Assembly: GCA_038206875.1 (NCBI GenBank)
Contig: JBBRAK010000001.1
Coordinates: 1,037-65,036 of the forward strand
DNA: 64,000 bases
Direction of reading: 5' to 3'
From: Candidatus Saccharimonadales bacterium
Lineage (GTDB): Bacteria > Patescibacteriota > Saccharimonadia > Saccharimonadales > JBBQAJ01
Positions 63,064-64,000 of this stretch are shown in pieces. Positions within the stretch are counted from its first letter, which is position 1, and each line of letters begins with the position of its first letter. Position numbers and translations under genes: made by a program. The notes under the pieces are model-generated. The model ran no database searches and was not told the DNA's origin. It saw only the letters and a list, made by a program, of their open reading frames with translations.

Positions 63064-63978
63064 ATGGCTACAACAACTAAATCCAAGGCAAAGAAAAAAA
63101 CTACCAAAAAACCTGCAAGTCAGGCAAGTGCGAAATCATCATCAACTAAAGCAGTAAAAGTTACCAAAGCAACTAAGTCTAAAACCACAGTCGTAAAATC
63201 AAATAGTAAATCAAACTCTAAACCAGTTACAGATATACTGAGGAACCTCAATCTACTTAGCGGTATTTTGGGTCTTGCTCTGGCGGTGGCTGCAGGATTT
63301 TTGATGAACCGTTCGTCTTATCAGATATTTTCAGGTCTGCTCAGCAAAGACGCGCTTGCTAGCAAAACCGAAACGGTTTTTGCTCCAGCAGTACATGCAG
63401 TATTTGATTTGCAACTACGGTGGGCGGTGGTCGGAATATTAGTTGTTTCGGCAATTGTTCCACTATTGGCGGCAACTAGAAAACGCAAGATGTACGAAGA
63501 GTCTCTCACTAAGAAAGTTATGTTGCCACGCTGGATAGAAATGGCAGTTGTGAGTGCGCTTATGGTAGAGGTAATAGCTCTTTTGAGCGGTGTCCAAGAT
63601 GCAATGACGCTAAAACTAATCGGTGGGTTCATGGTAGTAACTACACTACTGGGTTACTTATGGGAAAAACAGTCCTTAAAATCAGATGGTTCAGCGAAAA
63701 ACATATACAGACTAAGTATATTGACTGGAATTTTGCCATGGTTAGTTATTGCTAGTTATGCTGTAAATACAGTTGTATATGGCATGGTGCGTTACCCTTG
63801 GTATGTTTATGCGCTGTACGCTACTACTCTGGTTGCCTTTATGGGTTATGCCAGAAACCAAATGCGCTATGACAGAGCGAACATCAACTACGAAACAGCT
63901 GAAAATGGTTACTTGCGAATTGGTATTTTCGCCAAAGTTTCTTTTGCACTGATACTAATTGTTGGTCTATACAAATAA
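63064..63978 (+). CDS. Heliorhodopsin-family 7-TM retinal protein homologue with Lys/Ser/Thr-rich N-terminal extension
   Basis: Seven hydrophobic helices are visible. TM3 reads LPRWIEMAVVS (heliorhodopsin RWxE, Glu at nt 63538-63540). The end of TM4 reads GYLWEK, and TM5 reads GILPWLVIASY. TM7 reads RIGIFAKVSFALIL, with Lys at nt 63934-63936 at the retinal Schiff-base position. The ORF opens at 63034, but ATG 63064 (MATTTKSKAKKK...) is more plausible. Confidence 0.75.
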   Translation: MATTTKSKAKKKTTKKPASQASAKSSSTKAVKVTKATKSKTTVVKSNSKSNSKPVTDILRNLNLLSGILGLALAVAAGFLMNRSSYQIFSGLLSKDALASKTETVFAPAVHAVFDLQLRWAVVGILVVSAIVPLLAATRKRKMYEESLTKKVMLPRWIEMAVVSALMVEVIALLSGVQDAMTLKLIGGFMVVTTLLGYLWEKQSLKSDGSAKNIYRLSILTGILPWLVIASYAVNTVVYGMVRYPWYVYALYATTLVAFMGYARNQMRYDRANINYETAENGYLRIGIFAKVSFALILIVGLYK

Positions 63979-64000
63979 TCTAGTTTGAAACCAGTAGAAA

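Noticed and set aside
1-64000. Scan for CRISPR arrays, rRNA or tRNA genes, tmRNA or RNase P signatures, transposases, integrases, reverse transcriptase or DGR components, and toxin-antitoxin or known defence-system gene sets.
   Set aside because: None was found by eye. There are no regularly spaced direct repeats, no GGTTCGAATCC-type T-arms or GAGGAAAGTCC, and no ORF with the corresponding catalytic motifs. Covariance-model searches could still reveal small RNAs that I cannot see.

Overview
The window reads as a compact, moderately AT-rich, gene-dense bacterial chromosome segment using the standard code. Gene content points to a reduced-genome Patescibacteria/CPR organism, probably Saccharibacteria-like; this is an inference from content, not a database hit. 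The supporting traits are short tsf and adk, type-B L31, class I LysRS, class II NrdJ, and large fibrous surface proteins. I saw no rRNA, tRNA, CRISPR array, transposase, integrase or reverse transcriptase.

Layout:
- 1-13 kb: an accessory block of secreted or surface proteins. It holds GH5, a phosphoesterase, two GH16-type glucanases, an 877-aa CBM/Ig/FN3/discoidin protein, a Cys-less cupredoxin, a cohesin-like protein and an orphan HExxH protein. Four of these share a conserved N-terminal leader module.
- 13-35 kb: core genes. These are rpsA, infB, fmt, def, priA, rpsU, adk, map, ftsA, ftsZ, nrdR-nrdJ, T-box-ileS and rplU.
- 35.7-41 kb: one 1745-aa membrane-anchored fibrous protein with tail-fibre-like motifs.
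- 41.0-41.7 kb: an unusual 750-bp stretch with no ORF of 60 aa or more.
- 41.7-64 kb: parAB, lepB, LCP, prmC-prfA, rpmE, rpsB-tsf-frr-uppS-rseP, proS, greA, lysK (class I), a MacB-type ABC pair and msrA.
- Window end: a heliorhodopsin homologue.

Most interesting observations:
1. A heliorhodopsin-like 7-TM gene with a lysine-rich N-terminal tail sits head-to-head with msrA.
2. A 59-bp palindromic repeat occurs twice (55/59 identical), once in the ileS leader and once in frame inside prmC. This resembles Rickettsia palindromic elements.
3. A conserved signal peptide plus a roughly 40-aa module is shared by four unrelated secreted hydrolases.
4. The giant fibre protein is a candidate host-attachment structure.
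5. Several genes have consensus promoters placed 6-12 nt from their start codons, implying leaderless or near-leaderless mRNAs.

All calls come from reading the sequence and recalling family motifs. No searches or computations were run.
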